A stretch of 64,000 nt of DNA. Origin: an uncultured bacterium. Lineage in GTDB: Bacteria > Latescibacterota > MWCZ01. Below, one piece after another: positions 49,249 to 58,777 of the stretch; position 1 is the first letter of the stretch; each line of letters begins with the position of its first letter. The stretch spans positions 6,923-70,922 of the forward strand of contig CAZEAI010000008.1 in the NCBI GenBank assembly GCA_964510105.1. Reading direction: 5' to 3'. The translations under genes and the position numbers were made by a program. Under the pieces are notes generated by a model. It had not been told where the DNA came from, searched no databases, and worked only from the letters and a program-made list of their open reading frames with translations.

Positions 49249-49746
49249 ATGCGATCACGACTGACGCGTTGGATTATCAGCCGTATTGCGGGCAGCAGCG
49301 ACGACGCGACCACAGTCCCGACGACGGCGGAGACCGAGGGCTTCGAGACGGGCCCCGAGGAATTTGTGCGGGCCTTTGTGGCAGCGTGTAAGGCTGGGGA
49401 TCTGGATACCTACATGGCCCTTGTCGACAAGGACTTCGTCAGGATGCCCCCGGATGCTCCACCGATCGTCGGAGAAGCGGCGATCAGGGAGTGGGCCAAA
49501 GGTTTCTTCGAGACATTGGAACTTGAGGAATTCACGGTCGATAATCGCGAATCCCACGTGTTCGGCGATTTTGCCTGGTTCTGGGGCACGCACTACATTC
49601 GCTCGGCTGTCAAGGGACAGGAACCCTCGGTATGCGAGCATATCGACGGCAAGCACCTCACTGTTCTGAAGAAACAGGCTGATGGCTCCTGGGCGGTGAT
49701 CGCCGACTGCTTCAATGGAAACGCACCTCCTACTGTGCCAAACTGA
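49249..49746 (+). CDS. NTF2-like protein, paralogue 2 (lipobox Cys replaced: IAGSSDD)
   Basis: Same fold blocks as paralogue 1. The start is at MRSRLTRWIISRIAGSSDD, preceded by the GGGGAGGAAGAG motif shared by all paralogues. Confidence 0.55.
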   Translation: MRSRLTRWIISRIAGSSDDATTVPTTAETEGFETGPEEFVRAFVAACKAGDLDTYMALVDKDFVRMPPDAPPIVGEAAIREWAKGFFETLELEEFTVDNRESHVFGDFAWFWGTHYIRSAVKGQEPSVCEHIDGKHLTVLKKQADGSWAVIADCFNGNAPPTVPN

Positions 49747-49885
49747 CGCGGTGGGGGGGCATCCGAACGCGCCGGGCGGGCTGCCGTGCGGGTAGCTCCG
49801 GCCGCTCTCAACGTCGCACGGCGGTCAAGCGATCCACAGAGGCCTGCGCACCGTTCAGCAGCGTCTCGAAGAGGAGGAAGAGTAA

Positions 49886-50391
49886 TGCGAACGCAACTAG
49901 CCCGTTGGGTCACCAGCGGCATCATCGTCGTTCTCGCGGGCTGCGGCGACGACAGGGACAGCGGCCCAACGGCGGCCGAGATCGAAGCCTTCGAGGCGGC
50001 TGAGGTGACGCTTCCGCAAGCGTATGCCGCGGCGTGTAACGCGGGGGATGCGGACGCGTACGTCGCTCTTATCGATGACGACTACGTTCAACTGCCCCCT
50101 GATGCTCCACCGGTCATTGGGAAACCGGCCATGCTCGAGCGAATCAGACTGATGTTCGGGGCGTATGATTTCGAAGAATTCACCGTCGATAACCGCAAGG
50201 CGGAGATGTTTGGCGACTGGGGTTGGGTCTGGGGTACGCACTCCTATCTCCTGGCACCCCAGGGCACGACCGAATTCACAAAGTACGACGGCAAGCACCT
50301 GAGCATTCTGAAGCGGCAAGCCGACGGTTCCTGGCTGTTCTACGGCGACGCCTTCAACTACAACGCTCCCGCGATGAAACTGGCGCCCTGA
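49886..50391 (+). CDS. NTF2-like lipoprotein, paralogue 3
   Basis: MRTQLARWVTSGIIVVLAGCGDD lipobox. Conserved ...AAACNAGDADAY...KRQADGSWLFYGDAFNYN. Confidence 0.6.
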
Positions 50392-50523
50392 GCGAGCGTA
50401 CCGAAAGGCCGGACGCGACTCAGTGCACGGGTGGTCCCGCCCGTTCTCGACGCTGAGGCGGAGGGCGGGTCGCCCATACGACCGTCGCATCGGTTGGCTG
50501 CGCACTCGAAGGGGAGGAAGAGA

Positions 50524-51033
50524 ATGCGATCCCGACTGACGCGTTGGATTACCAGCCGTGTTGCGGGCAGCAGCGACGACACCACCGCCGTCCCGACAGC
50601 GGCGGATGTCGAGACTTTCGAGGCATTCCTTGCGAGGCTTGCGGTGGGTGCGGATGGGTATGCCGCGGCGTGTAACGCCGGGGATATCGACGCCTTCTGC
50701 GCCCTACTCGATGAGGACTTCACTCAGATGCCGCCAGACCAGCCACCATGCGTTGGGAAAGCGGCCGTTAGGGAGCGAATGGCAGGACTGTTCGCGGCAG
50801 TTGATCTCGAGGACTTCACGATCAACCACCAGGATTGGGCCATGTTTGGCGATTTTGCCTTCCTGTGGGGCACGTACTCCTGTCGCACGGCGCTGCAGGG
50901 GCAGACACCCCCGGTATGGAGTTCGTTCGACGGCAAGTACCTGAGTGTCGTGAAGAAGCAGACTGATGGTTCCTGGCTGGCGTACCTCGACTGCTTCAAC
51001 TCCAACGTTCCTGGAGCGGAATTGGCGCTGTGA
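50524..51033 (+). CDS. NTF2-like protein, paralogue 4 (lipobox Cys replaced: VAGSSDD)
   Basis: MRSRLTRWITSRVAGSSDD... and conserved NTF2-like blocks, with the same upstream motif. Confidence 0.55.
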   Translation: MRSRLTRWITSRVAGSSDDTTAVPTAADVETFEAFLARLAVGADGYAAACNAGDIDAFCALLDEDFTQMPPDQPPCVGKAAVRERMAGLFAAVDLEDFTINHQDWAMFGDFAFLWGTYSCRTALQGQTPPVWSSFDGKYLSVVKKQTDGSWLAYLDCFNSNVPGAELAL

Positions 51034-51270
51034 GCGAGCGTACCGACAGACCGGGGGGCTCCCGCGCATGGAGCCCCCCCGGTCTCCGTACCGCCCTTAC
51101 GCACGCGAGCCTGCCTGGCGCCGCATTCACCCGGCGTGCTCGCGGCGCCGTGACACCTCCTCCAACACCGCCTGACGCACTGATCGCGCCGCGTCGACGC
51201 GAGCTGCGGATTCCTCACGAACTGTCACGCCTCAATGAGAACCTCAGGGTTCCGTTCGCGCAGTCCAGTG

Positions 51271-51360
51271 TGCGACTTACGCAGATTTCGCCTATACCCC
51301 CCGGGGGGTCGCAATGCCCCGGTTCGGCCACATCCGGCTGTCCCCATCCATCTAACAGGC
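51271..51360. repeat. about 100-bp conserved intergenic element B (perfect CCCCCCGGGGGG palindrome)
   Basis: Paralogous to 48391-48495. Located between the last NTF2-like gene and the cyclase-homology ORF. Confidence 0.5.
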
Positions 51361-51437
51361 AAGCAATCACGGTCAACTGCCCGGACCGTGGGAGTCACAT
51401 CGCATCAGGGCGGGAAGATCGAGTTAGGGAGGCATCG

Positions 51438-52052
51438 ATGGCCTGCGATCGCGAATCGGGCGATCACGGATCGGGCGAAAACGACCTCAGCGTCGAGCCC
51501 GTGTCGAGCGGAATCGCGCTAGTCTCACTAGTAGCGACACTCCCCGCCGACCCGTCGGTCCTCGTCGCCCGGCTCGAAGGGAACGAGCGAATCGAGCGGG
51601 CACGCCGGGCGGTGGCGTCCAGGGCGAGCGACGTGATCGGGAATCACAGTGGATGGCAGGTCGCCGGTAACGGCGAATCGATCACGGCTGCCTTCGGAGC
51701 GCCATCGGAAGCGCTTGACTTCGCGCTTGAGCTGCAGTTCGACACCGGTTCGCGGCTCATCAGGCTGCGTGTGGCGGCGCACGTTGACGTCGTGGCAGAT
51801 CGGGGATCCGGCGTCGCCTGCGGCGACGTGGGACCGTACGACGACATGCTCGCCTTCACGCGGCAGTTGCTGCGGAGGAACGGCGGCACGGAGGTGTGGA
51901 CGAGCAACGATTTCAAGACTCAGATCGACCACCACGGCACAACGCGTCAACGAGAACTCGACTGGATGATGCGACCAAACTGCGTGCTCGACGGGTACGA
52001 GGGACGGCACATCCTCTGGTCGGTGAATAGCCGCGAGGCGGCGATTCCTTAG
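51438..52052 (+). CDS. stand-alone class-III nucleotidyl-cyclase-homology-like domain protein (degenerate)
   Basis: GGGAGG RBS. 205 aa. ...IALVSLVATLPADPSVLVARLEGNERIERARR...IRLRVAAHVDVVADRGSGVACGDV...DWMMRPNCVLDGYEGRHILWSV parallels the cyclase blocks (VTVLFADIVGFT / RIGIHTGxVV / xELKGK). It is paralogous to the C-terminal domain of the ECF-STAND protein. Confidence 0.45.
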   Translation: MACDRESGDHGSGENDLSVEPVSSGIALVSLVATLPADPSVLVARLEGNERIERARRAVASRASDVIGNHSGWQVAGNGESITAAFGAPSEALDFALELQFDTGSRLIRLRVAAHVDVVADRGSGVACGDVGPYDDMLAFTRQLLRRNGGTEVWTSNDFKTQIDHHGTTRQRELDWMMRPNCVLDGYEGRHILWSVNSREAAIP

Positions 52053-52167
52053 GCAGTTCGCTCTGCGAACTGCAAAACGAATGCGAGCGCCACGAGCGTT
52101 CGCCGCGCGGGCAGCCCCGCTCCACCCGTTCCTCCTCGGGGCTGCCTGCCATGGAAAGGAGTTCATC
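52053..52167 (+). promoter_or_regulatory. conserved intergenic element, copy 1: terminator-like hairpin, conserved spacer, then leader hairpin, upstream of a T9SS cargo gene
   Basis: GCAGTTCGC-tct-GCGAACTGC hairpin immediately after the stop codon. A conserved ACGAAxGCGAGCGCCACGxGCGTTCGCC spacer follows. A second hairpin GGCAGCCCCG-n17-CGGGGCTGCC sits 20 nt before the RBS. Confidence 0.5.
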
Positions 52168-53517
52168 ATGAACATGCGCCGCACCATCCTTCTGTGTCTG
52201 GGGATGCTGCTCTGCGCGGGAGTCCGAATCGCACACTCAGCCCCCGCCATCGCACCCGACTGGATACAAAGCGGCCATTCGAGCTATGTGTTATGTGTGG
52301 CGATAGACTCGGTTGGGAATACCATCGTTACGGGGAGCGCCGACCGCACGATTAAGGTGTGGGACCTGTCCGGCGGCAGGTTGCTGCGGACGCTCCCCGT
52401 TCCCGACAGTGGCGACGAGGGTCACACGGCCGGCGTACAAAGCGTGGCGATCAGCCCTGACGGGAGCACGATCGTCTCGGGAGACTGGGACCACACTACG
52501 AAGGTGTGGAACCTGTCCGACGGCAGGCTGCTACGCACGCTCATCGGCGGCAGAGGCGATGCGTGGAGCGTAGCTTTCGCCCCGGATGGTAACACGGTTG
52601 TCTCGGGCGGCTTCGATGCCACGATCAAGGTGTGGCGGCTGTCCGACGGCACCGTGCTGCGCATACTCAGAGGCCACACGAGCTACGTGACCAGCGTGGC
52701 AGTCAACGGGAATACTGTCGTCTCGGGGAGTGCCGATCGTACGGTCAGAGTGTGGGATCTGTCCGACGGCACGCTGTTGCGGACCCTCACTGCTTCAAGC
52801 TGCGCGGGCGCCGGTCATACCGCTTGCGTGGCCAGTGTGGCGATCAGCCCCGATGGGGACAGGATCGTCTCGGGGAGCGCCGACGGCACGATCAAGGTAT
52901 GGAATCCGTCCGACGGCACGCTGCTGCGAACACTCCCAGTCCCGGGCGGCGGCGACGCGGCACACACGGGTGGTGTCCGAAGCGTGGCGATCAGCCCCGA
53001 CGGGAACAGGATCGCGTCGGGAGGTCTCGACGCCACGATCAAGCTGTGGAGTCTAACCGAAGGCTCGCTGGAGAAGACCCTCGCCGCCCATGGGAACACG
53101 GTGTGGAGCGTGGCGATTAGCTCCGATGGCGGATCCATCGTGTCAGGTGGAGGAGACGCACGGGTGATCCGATGGGGTGTGTATCCGCCGCTCAAGACGC
53201 TGACACCGCCTAGTGCGGTAGAAGGGAATCCACGGCAAGCTCGTGCGACCTTGTCACAGAACGTCCCGAACCCGTTTAACCCATCGACGTCCATCCCGTA
53301 CTCGCTTGCGTCGGACGGCGTTGTGCGGCTCGAGTTGTACGACGCGATCGGCCGGCCGGTGCGGACGTTGCTGGCCGACTACCGCCACGCGGGAGAGCAC
53401 TCCGTCGTGTGGGACGGTCGCGACGACGCGGGTCGCGCGGTAGCGAGTGGCGTCTACGTTGTACGGATGGTGGCAAGCGGCTTCGTCACAGCGCGGAAGG
53501 TGACACTGCTGCGATAG
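52168..53517 (+). CDS. secreted WD40-repeat protein with a T9SS (Por) C-terminal sorting domain
   Basis: Signal peptide MNMRRTILLCLGMLLCAGVRIAHS. About 8 WD40 units (TIKVWDLSDGTLLRTL...). C-terminal NVPNPFNPSTSIPYSLASDGVVRLELYDAIGRPVRTL... T9SS CTD. Confidence 0.7.
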   Translation: MNMRRTILLCLGMLLCAGVRIAHSAPAIAPDWIQSGHSSYVLCVAIDSVGNTIVTGSADRTIKVWDLSGGRLLRTLPVPDSGDEGHTAGVQSVAISPDGSTIVSGDWDHTTKVWNLSDGRLLRTLIGGRGDAWSVAFAPDGNTVVSGGFDATIKVWRLSDGTVLRILRGHTSYVTSVAVNGNTVVSGSADRTVRVWDLSDGTLLRTLTASSCAGAGHTACVASVAISPDGDRIVSGSADGTIKVWNPSDGTLLRTLPVPGGGDAAHTGGVRSVAISPDGNRIASGGLDATIKLWSLTEGSLEKTLAAHGNTVWSVAISSDGGSIVSGGGDARVIRWGVYPPLKTLTPPSAVEGNPRQARATLSQNVPNPFNPSTSIPYSLASDGVVRLELYDAIGRPVRTLLADYRHAGEHSVVWDGRDDAGRAVASGVYVVRMVASGFVTARKVTLLR

Positions 53518-53645
53518 CGAGAGGATTGCCGCAGTTCGCCTAGCGAGCTGCAAGACGAAAGCGAGCGCCACGCGCGTTCGCCGCGCGGGCAGCCCCGTTC
53601 CACCCGTTCCTCTTCGGGGCTGCCTGCCATACAGAGGAAAGAGTC
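53518..53645 (+). promoter_or_regulatory. conserved intergenic element, copy 2
   Basis: About 90% identical to copy 1. Hairpin 1 carries a U-G wobble change (GCGAGCTGC). Hairpin 2 is identical. Confidence 0.5.
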
Positions 53646-56045
53646 ATGATACGCACACTGACAACGCTCACAGCCACGCTGTTCGCGCTCGGCCCGCTCG
53701 CTGGGGCAAATACGGACGTCAGCGGCGAAATCACGACTACCACGTGGACCGCCGCAATGGGCCCCTATCAAGTCACCGACACGATCACCGTCCCGACGGG
53801 CAACACGCTCACCATCGAGCCAAGCGTGGATGTGCTCTTCGACGCCGACGTGCCGTTCGTCGTCGAGGGCGCGTTGGATGCAGTCGGCACCGAAGTCGAC
53901 AGCATCCGGTTCATCGCGGGCACCGCCGACGAGTGGGGCGGCATCCGCTTCAACGGCGGCGACTCAAGCACGATCCACTACGCGCGCGTCAGCGATGCAT
54001 TCACCCACGCGCCCTCTCCGTTTGTTGGTGGCGAAGGAGGCGGCATCCACCTGTTGAGCTCATCGCTCGGTCTGGCACACTCTGTCGTAAGCGGCAACAC
54101 AGTCGAGGGCTACGGAGGTGGTCTGTTCGCCGACAGCGCCACCGTCACACTCGACTCATGCGCGATCACGGGCAACGCGGCGAAGAAGGCCATGGCTGGC
54201 GGCGACGGCGGTGGCGTTTATGCGGTCGAGTCGACCGTTTCGTTAACTGGATGCGCGGTGTCTCAGGACAGCGCCGCTGGCGCTGGAGGCGGCGTACACG
54301 GCCGGAACTCGACGCTGTCTCTCGAGGCGTGCGACATCCAAGACAACGCCAGCCTGTCCACTGGCGGAGGGCTCCACCTCGTTGGGGGCACCGTCGGTAT
54401 GACGGTATGCAGTGTCTCGAACAACGACGCCGGAGGCACAGGAGGTGGGCTATACACCACTGGGGTCGACATGGTCCTGGCTGACTGCGACGTATCGGGT
54501 AACGCATCAGGCGCGTCTGGGGGCGGGCTGTGCGTTGCGGGAAGCGGAAGCGGTCTCACCCTGACCGACTGCACTGTGTCAGCGAACGTGGCTGGTCTCA
54601 ACGGCGGCGGAATGGTTCTCAACGGGGTTACTGCGACGCTCGCAGGCTGTGCCGTCGATGGCAACTCGGCAGGTACGGCGCCGGTCGCAGGCGGCGGCTC
54701 CGGCAATGGCGGGGGATTTTCCGCAAGGGGTGGGGCGATCACGCTCTACAACTCCACGGTGAACCGCAACACGGCAGGCAAATGGGGTGGGGGGTTCTAC
54801 ACCGGCGGCACGGCGGTCACTATGGGTGCCTGCGAGCTCCGGGGAAATGCGTCCTGGGGAGGGGCCCCGACCGATTTCTTCGGCGGCTCGACCGTTACGA
54901 TGACGAACTGCCTCGTGGCCGGGAATACTGCCTTTCTGCCAAGCGCAGGCCTGGATTTCCATGATGCCTCCGCGACGCTGGTGAATTGCACCGTCGTCGA
55001 CAATCGGTCGCTGGGCGAACCCGGTTGTACCCCGCCGGACAGCGTATGGGGAATCATAGGCGCCGCCGCCAGCAGCCCGGACCAGACGATCACACTCATC
55101 AACTCCATCATCTGGGGACACAGTGGGGACCACGGTCTGGACTACTGGCTATGCGGAGCAGAAACGGGCGTCTGCCCGGGGATCTGCATCCCAGGACCTT
55201 TCCCGCCTGGCGCGCCGACGACTGCGACCTACTGCGCCGCCGGGGCCGTCAATGTGGAAGGGTGGTGGTCGAGCGTGGGGAACGTCAACGCCGACCCGAT
55301 GTTTGTCGACACGATCGCGTACGCGCTGCTGCCGAGCTCACCGTGCATCGACACGGGGTCACATTACATCCTCGATGAGGACGGCTCCCCGTCGGACATG
55401 GGGTACACCGGCGGAGGGCGGTACGGGCGGTGCCAGGTGTCACTCGTGCCGGACACGCTGTACCGCGACTCCACTGACTTCGTTCGCGTCAGGAACGTCG
55501 GCGACGCGCCTCTCGGCGTGTTCGAGCCGGACCTTCCTGATTCGTTTGTGACGGACATGGTCTTCCCGCAAGCCGTTGAGCCGGACAGCACGCTCTACAT
55601 TCCGGTGACGTATACCCAGCGCGGCTACCATGAGAAGACCGCCGTCATCCATACTTCTGATCCGTGGACACCGGATACGGTGGTGCTGCTGAAGGGCAAG
55701 TGGCCCGTGGCGATAGCAGCAATCGCTCGCCCACCGGCGTTCGCGCTGTCGCCGAACGTCCCGAATCCGTTCAACCCGGCGACGCGCATCCCATATGCGC
55801 TCGCGTCGGACGGGGATGTGCGGCTCGTGCTGTACAACACCCTCGGCCAGCGCGTGCGTACGGTCGTGGACGAATATCGAAGCGCGGGCGAACACTCCGT
55901 CGTGTGGAATGGGCGCGACGACGCGGATCGGCCCGCGGCGAGCGGGGTGTACATCGTGCGGCTGACTCACACTGGGGCGAATCGGAACGATTCGCGGACG
56001 AACTCGAACGCAGTGAGAGTTCGCAGGGTGACGCTGCTGCGATAG
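53646..56045 (+). CDS. secreted right-handed parallel beta-helix (Pmp-like) repeat protein with a T9SS C-terminal sorting domain
   Basis: Signal peptide MIRTLTTLTATLFALGPLAGA. Dozens of GGG[LV]x / NxAxxGGG repeats of about 22-25 aa. C-terminal NVPNPFNPATRIPYALASDGDVRLVLYNTLGQRVRTV... CTD. Confidence 0.65.
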   Translation: MIRTLTTLTATLFALGPLAGANTDVSGEITTTTWTAAMGPYQVTDTITVPTGNTLTIEPSVDVLFDADVPFVVEGALDAVGTEVDSIRFIAGTADEWGGIRFNGGDSSTIHYARVSDAFTHAPSPFVGGEGGGIHLLSSSLGLAHSVVSGNTVEGYGGGLFADSATVTLDSCAITGNAAKKAMAGGDGGGVYAVESTVSLTGCAVSQDSAAGAGGGVHGRNSTLSLEACDIQDNASLSTGGGLHLVGGTVGMTVCSVSNNDAGGTGGGLYTTGVDMVLADCDVSGNASGASGGGLCVAGSGSGLTLTDCTVSANVAGLNGGGMVLNGVTATLAGCAVDGNSAGTAPVAGGGSGNGGGFSARGGAITLYNSTVNRNTAGKWGGGFYTGGTAVTMGACELRGNASWGGAPTDFFGGSTVTMTNCLVAGNTAFLPSAGLDFHDASATLVNCTVVDNRSLGEPGCTPPDSVWGIIGAAASSPDQTITLINSIIWGHSGDHGLDYWLCGAETGVCPGICIPGPFPPGAPTTATYCAAGAVNVEGWWSSVGNVNADPMFVDTIAYALLPSSPCIDTGSHYILDEDGSPSDMGYTGGGRYGRCQVSLVPDTLYRDSTDFVRVRNVGDAPLGVFEPDLPDSFVTDMVFPQAVEPDSTLYIPVTYTQRGYHEKTAVIHTSDPWTPDTVVLLKGKWPVAIAAIARPPAFALSPNVPNPFNPATRIPYALASDGDVRLVLYNTLGQRVRTVVDEYRSAGEHSVVWNGRDDADRPAASGVYIVRLTHTGANRNDSRTNSNAVRVRRVTLLR

Positions 56046-56125
56046 TCGAGGCGAACCGGAGTTGCGTAGCAACTCCCAGACGAACGTGAGCATCGCGAGC
56101 GTTCGCGGGGCTGCCGGCAACACTT
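56046..56125 (+). repeat. conserved intergenic element, copy 3 (partial)
   Basis: GGAGTTGC-gta-GCAACTCC hairpin with two compensatory base-pair swaps relative to copy 1, followed by the CGCGAGCGTTCGC conserved spacer. No cargo gene follows. Confidence 0.4.
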
Positions 56126-56354
56126 GCCGGATACGCGCGGTCGGGCTGACGACTCTCAGCGCCGTTGACGAGGCGAAAGAGTGCGATCGAACGAGCGGGG
56201 CCCATGCGGGGAGCGGCGCGCGCCACGGGTATACTTGGCACCGACGGGCTGAGGCACAAAGAGGCTTGAACGCTCAAGAATTTGGGCGTATGTTCGGTAC
56301 GGGAACCAACCATGGGTGAGAGGAACACGACATCGCGTGTTGAGGAGGTTTGCC

Positions 56355-57344
56355 ATGCAGCCAATTCGCGTAGCAGTGACGGGCGGAGCGGGCCAGATCG
56401 GGTACAGCCTGCTCTTCCGAATCGCATCGGGCGAGGTCTTCGGTCAGGATCGTCCAGTACGTCTCCAACTCCTTGAGATCACGCCCGCGTTGAAAGCGCT
56501 TGAGGGCGTAGCCATGGAACTCACCGACTGTGCGTTCCCCACACTCGACGGCGTCGACATGACGGACGATCCAGAGGTGGCGTTCGACGGCGCGAACTGG
56601 GCGCTGCTCGTCGGCGCGAAGCCGCGCGGCCCGGGAATGGAACGCGCGGATCTACTCCAGGACAACGGCAAGATTTTCGTCGGGCAGGGCAAGGCGCTCC
56701 AGAAGGCGGCGGACGACACACAGATCCTCGTCGTCGGCAACCCATGCAACACCAACTGCCTCATCGCGATGCACAACGCGCCGGATATTCCGAAAGGGCG
56801 CTTCCAGGCGATGACGTTGTTGGATCATCGTCGCGCCAGAGCGCAACTTGCTCTGAAGGCCGGTGTCAACGTCGACGCGACCTCGAACATGGTGATCTGG
56901 GGGAATCACAGTGCAACTCAGTTCCCGGACTTCGAGCAAGCCAAGATCGGAGGCAAGCCCGCCGAAGAGGTGATCGGGGATCGCGCCTGGCTTGAGGGCG
57001 AATTCGTCTCGACCATTCAGAAGCGTGGTGCGGCCATCATCGCCGCACGCGGGTCGTCGTCTGCGGCGTCCGCGGCGAATTCCATCGTGTGGAATCTGCT
57101 GTGCATGACGCTGCCAACTCCCGAAGGCAACTGGTTCAGCGCAGCCGTTTGCTCCGACGGTAGTTACGGCGTCGAGGAAGGCCTCATAAGCAGCTTCCCG
57201 GTGGCTCGGTACGGCGGCGGGGACCTGAGCATCGTGCAGGGCCTGTCGATCAGCGACTATGCGCGTGGCAAGATCGACGCGTCGGTCGATGAACTCAGGC
57301 AGGAGCGGGAGATGGTCAAGGATATGCTCCCGGACCGCGCCTGA
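56355..57344 (+). CDS. mdh: malate dehydrogenase (NAD-dependent, LDH-like/cytosolic-type)
   Basis: [40 protein letters not shown] (Rossmann GxGxxG), [24 protein letters not shown] and IWGNHS are classic MDH motifs. Confidence 0.85.
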   Translation: MQPIRVAVTGGAGQIGYSLLFRIASGEVFGQDRPVRLQLLEITPALKALEGVAMELTDCAFPTLDGVDMTDDPEVAFDGANWALLVGAKPRGPGMERADLLQDNGKIFVGQGKALQKAADDTQILVVGNPCNTNCLIAMHNAPDIPKGRFQAMTLLDHRRARAQLALKAGVNVDATSNMVIWGNHSATQFPDFEQAKIGGKPAEEVIGDRAWLEGEFVSTIQKRGAAIIAARGSSSAASAANSIVWNLLCMTLPTPEGNWFSAAVCSDGSYGVEEGLISSFPVARYGGGDLSIVQGLSISDYARGKIDASVDELRQEREMVKDMLPDRA

Positions 57345-57505
57345 CGAGTGCGGCACCGTCGGGAGGATTCGCGTAGGCACGTTTGTCATGAACGATTCTG
57401 ACGCAGCCGGGGCGCGCCAGCGATGTTGGCGCGCTGGACTCCATCCGACCAGACGAGCGAATGTGCAACCGTCACGTCGGAGCGTCCTGTCACGGGGAAG
57501 TCTTC

Positions 57506-58606
57506 ATGGATGCGTCGATGATGTCGAAGTTCCTGCCAGGGATGGATCTGTGCGAAGCGTTCTACCATGAGGTCGTGTCCCCAATCATCGAGCAACGGTT
57601 CCCGGGCTTGGTGTACTCCGCTGCAAAGCTGCACCACGGATCGGATGTTCTGGGATTCGATACACCGCAGTCGATGGACCACGACTGGGGGCCGTCCAGG
57701 ATCGACCTCTTCCTGCGAGAGGTGGACTGCCACCGCCTGTCTGAAGAGGTGGGATCGGTTCTCTCGTCTGAGCTCCCGCATGTGTTCCGCGGGTTGCCGA
57801 CGGATTTCAGATCGGACGATGAGCACGCTGGGATCGTTCTTGTGGCTGAAGGACCTGTATTGCACAGGATCAACTGCACTACCACAGACCGATTCTTTCA
57901 TCGCTTCCTCGGATTCAGCCCGCTGGATCCCATCGGGGAGACGGACTGGCTGACCGTCTCTCCGCACTACCTTCGGATGATCGCATCGGGTAAGGTATTT
58001 CATGACGGATTGGGCGAGCTTCGGGCAGCACAGGATGCGCTGCGCTGGTACCCCAGTGATGTCTGGCTCTACCTCCTGTCGTGCCAATGGGGAAGAATCG
58101 ATCAGGAAGAGGCGTTCATGGCGCGGTGCGGCGACGTCGGTGATGAGCTTGGTTCCCGCCTCGTTGCATCTCGCATGGTGGAAGAGCTCATGAAGCTCTG
58201 CTTCCTGATGGAACGCCAGTATTGGACTTTCAGCAAGTGGTTCGGCACAGCTTTCTCGCGGCTGGAATGCGCCGCGACGTTGACCCCCGTGTTTGACGCG
58301 GTGCTCAGCAGCACGGGATGGAAGGAGCGAGAAAAGCACCTCTCGGAGGCGTATGTCGATGTGGGTATTATGCACAACACTCTTGGAATAACCACCTTCA
58401 TCGAACCGAACGTATCGCAGTTCTACGATCGGCCTTATCAAGTGCCACACGCTGAGCGGTACTGCTTCGCGCTGCGCGACTGCATCCAATCGGACACGGT
58501 GTTGTCCTGGCCGAAATACGTAGGCGGCGTCGGGCAGTTCGTGCACTCCACCGATGTTCTGTGCAGCACGGTGCACTGCAAGAGGATCGGAGCGATCTAT
58601 GAATGA
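57506..58606 (+). CDS. hypothetical protein
   Basis: 367 aa in a clean frame, convergent with cysNC. No family confidently recognised. The start is chosen at MDASMMSKF. Confidence 0.35.
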   Translation: MDASMMSKFLPGMDLCEAFYHEVVSPIIEQRFPGLVYSAAKLHHGSDVLGFDTPQSMDHDWGPSRIDLFLREVDCHRLSEEVGSVLSSELPHVFRGLPTDFRSDDEHAGIVLVAEGPVLHRINCTTTDRFFHRFLGFSPLDPIGETDWLTVSPHYLRMIASGKVFHDGLGELRAAQDALRWYPSDVWLYLLSCQWGRIDQEEAFMARCGDVGDELGSRLVASRMVEELMKLCFLMERQYWTFSKWFGTAFSRLECAATLTPVFDAVLSSTGWKEREKHLSEAYVDVGIMHNTLGITTFIEPNVSQFYDRPYQVPHAERYCFALRDCIQSDTVLSWPKYVGGVGQFVHSTDVLCSTVHCKRIGAIYE

Positions 58607-58777
58607 AGAACCGATCAAGTAAGGTCGCCCGAACGCGTGCGGCATCGTCGCCGTCTGCGCCCCGACCGGACCAGGGGCGAGCGGTCGCGCGGATATCTCG
58701 CGGTGTGCACCGTGGAAGTGCGGCGTAGGACCGATGCCGCGTACGCTGGTCGCTCTCGTCGTAGCGGAGCACGCAGT

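Noticed and set aside
56046-56354. Possible small gene or ncRNA between the beta-helix cargo gene and mdh
   Set aside because: Only the partial copy of the hairpin repeat is recognisable. The short ORFs here (56062-56319, 56156-56356) have no support.
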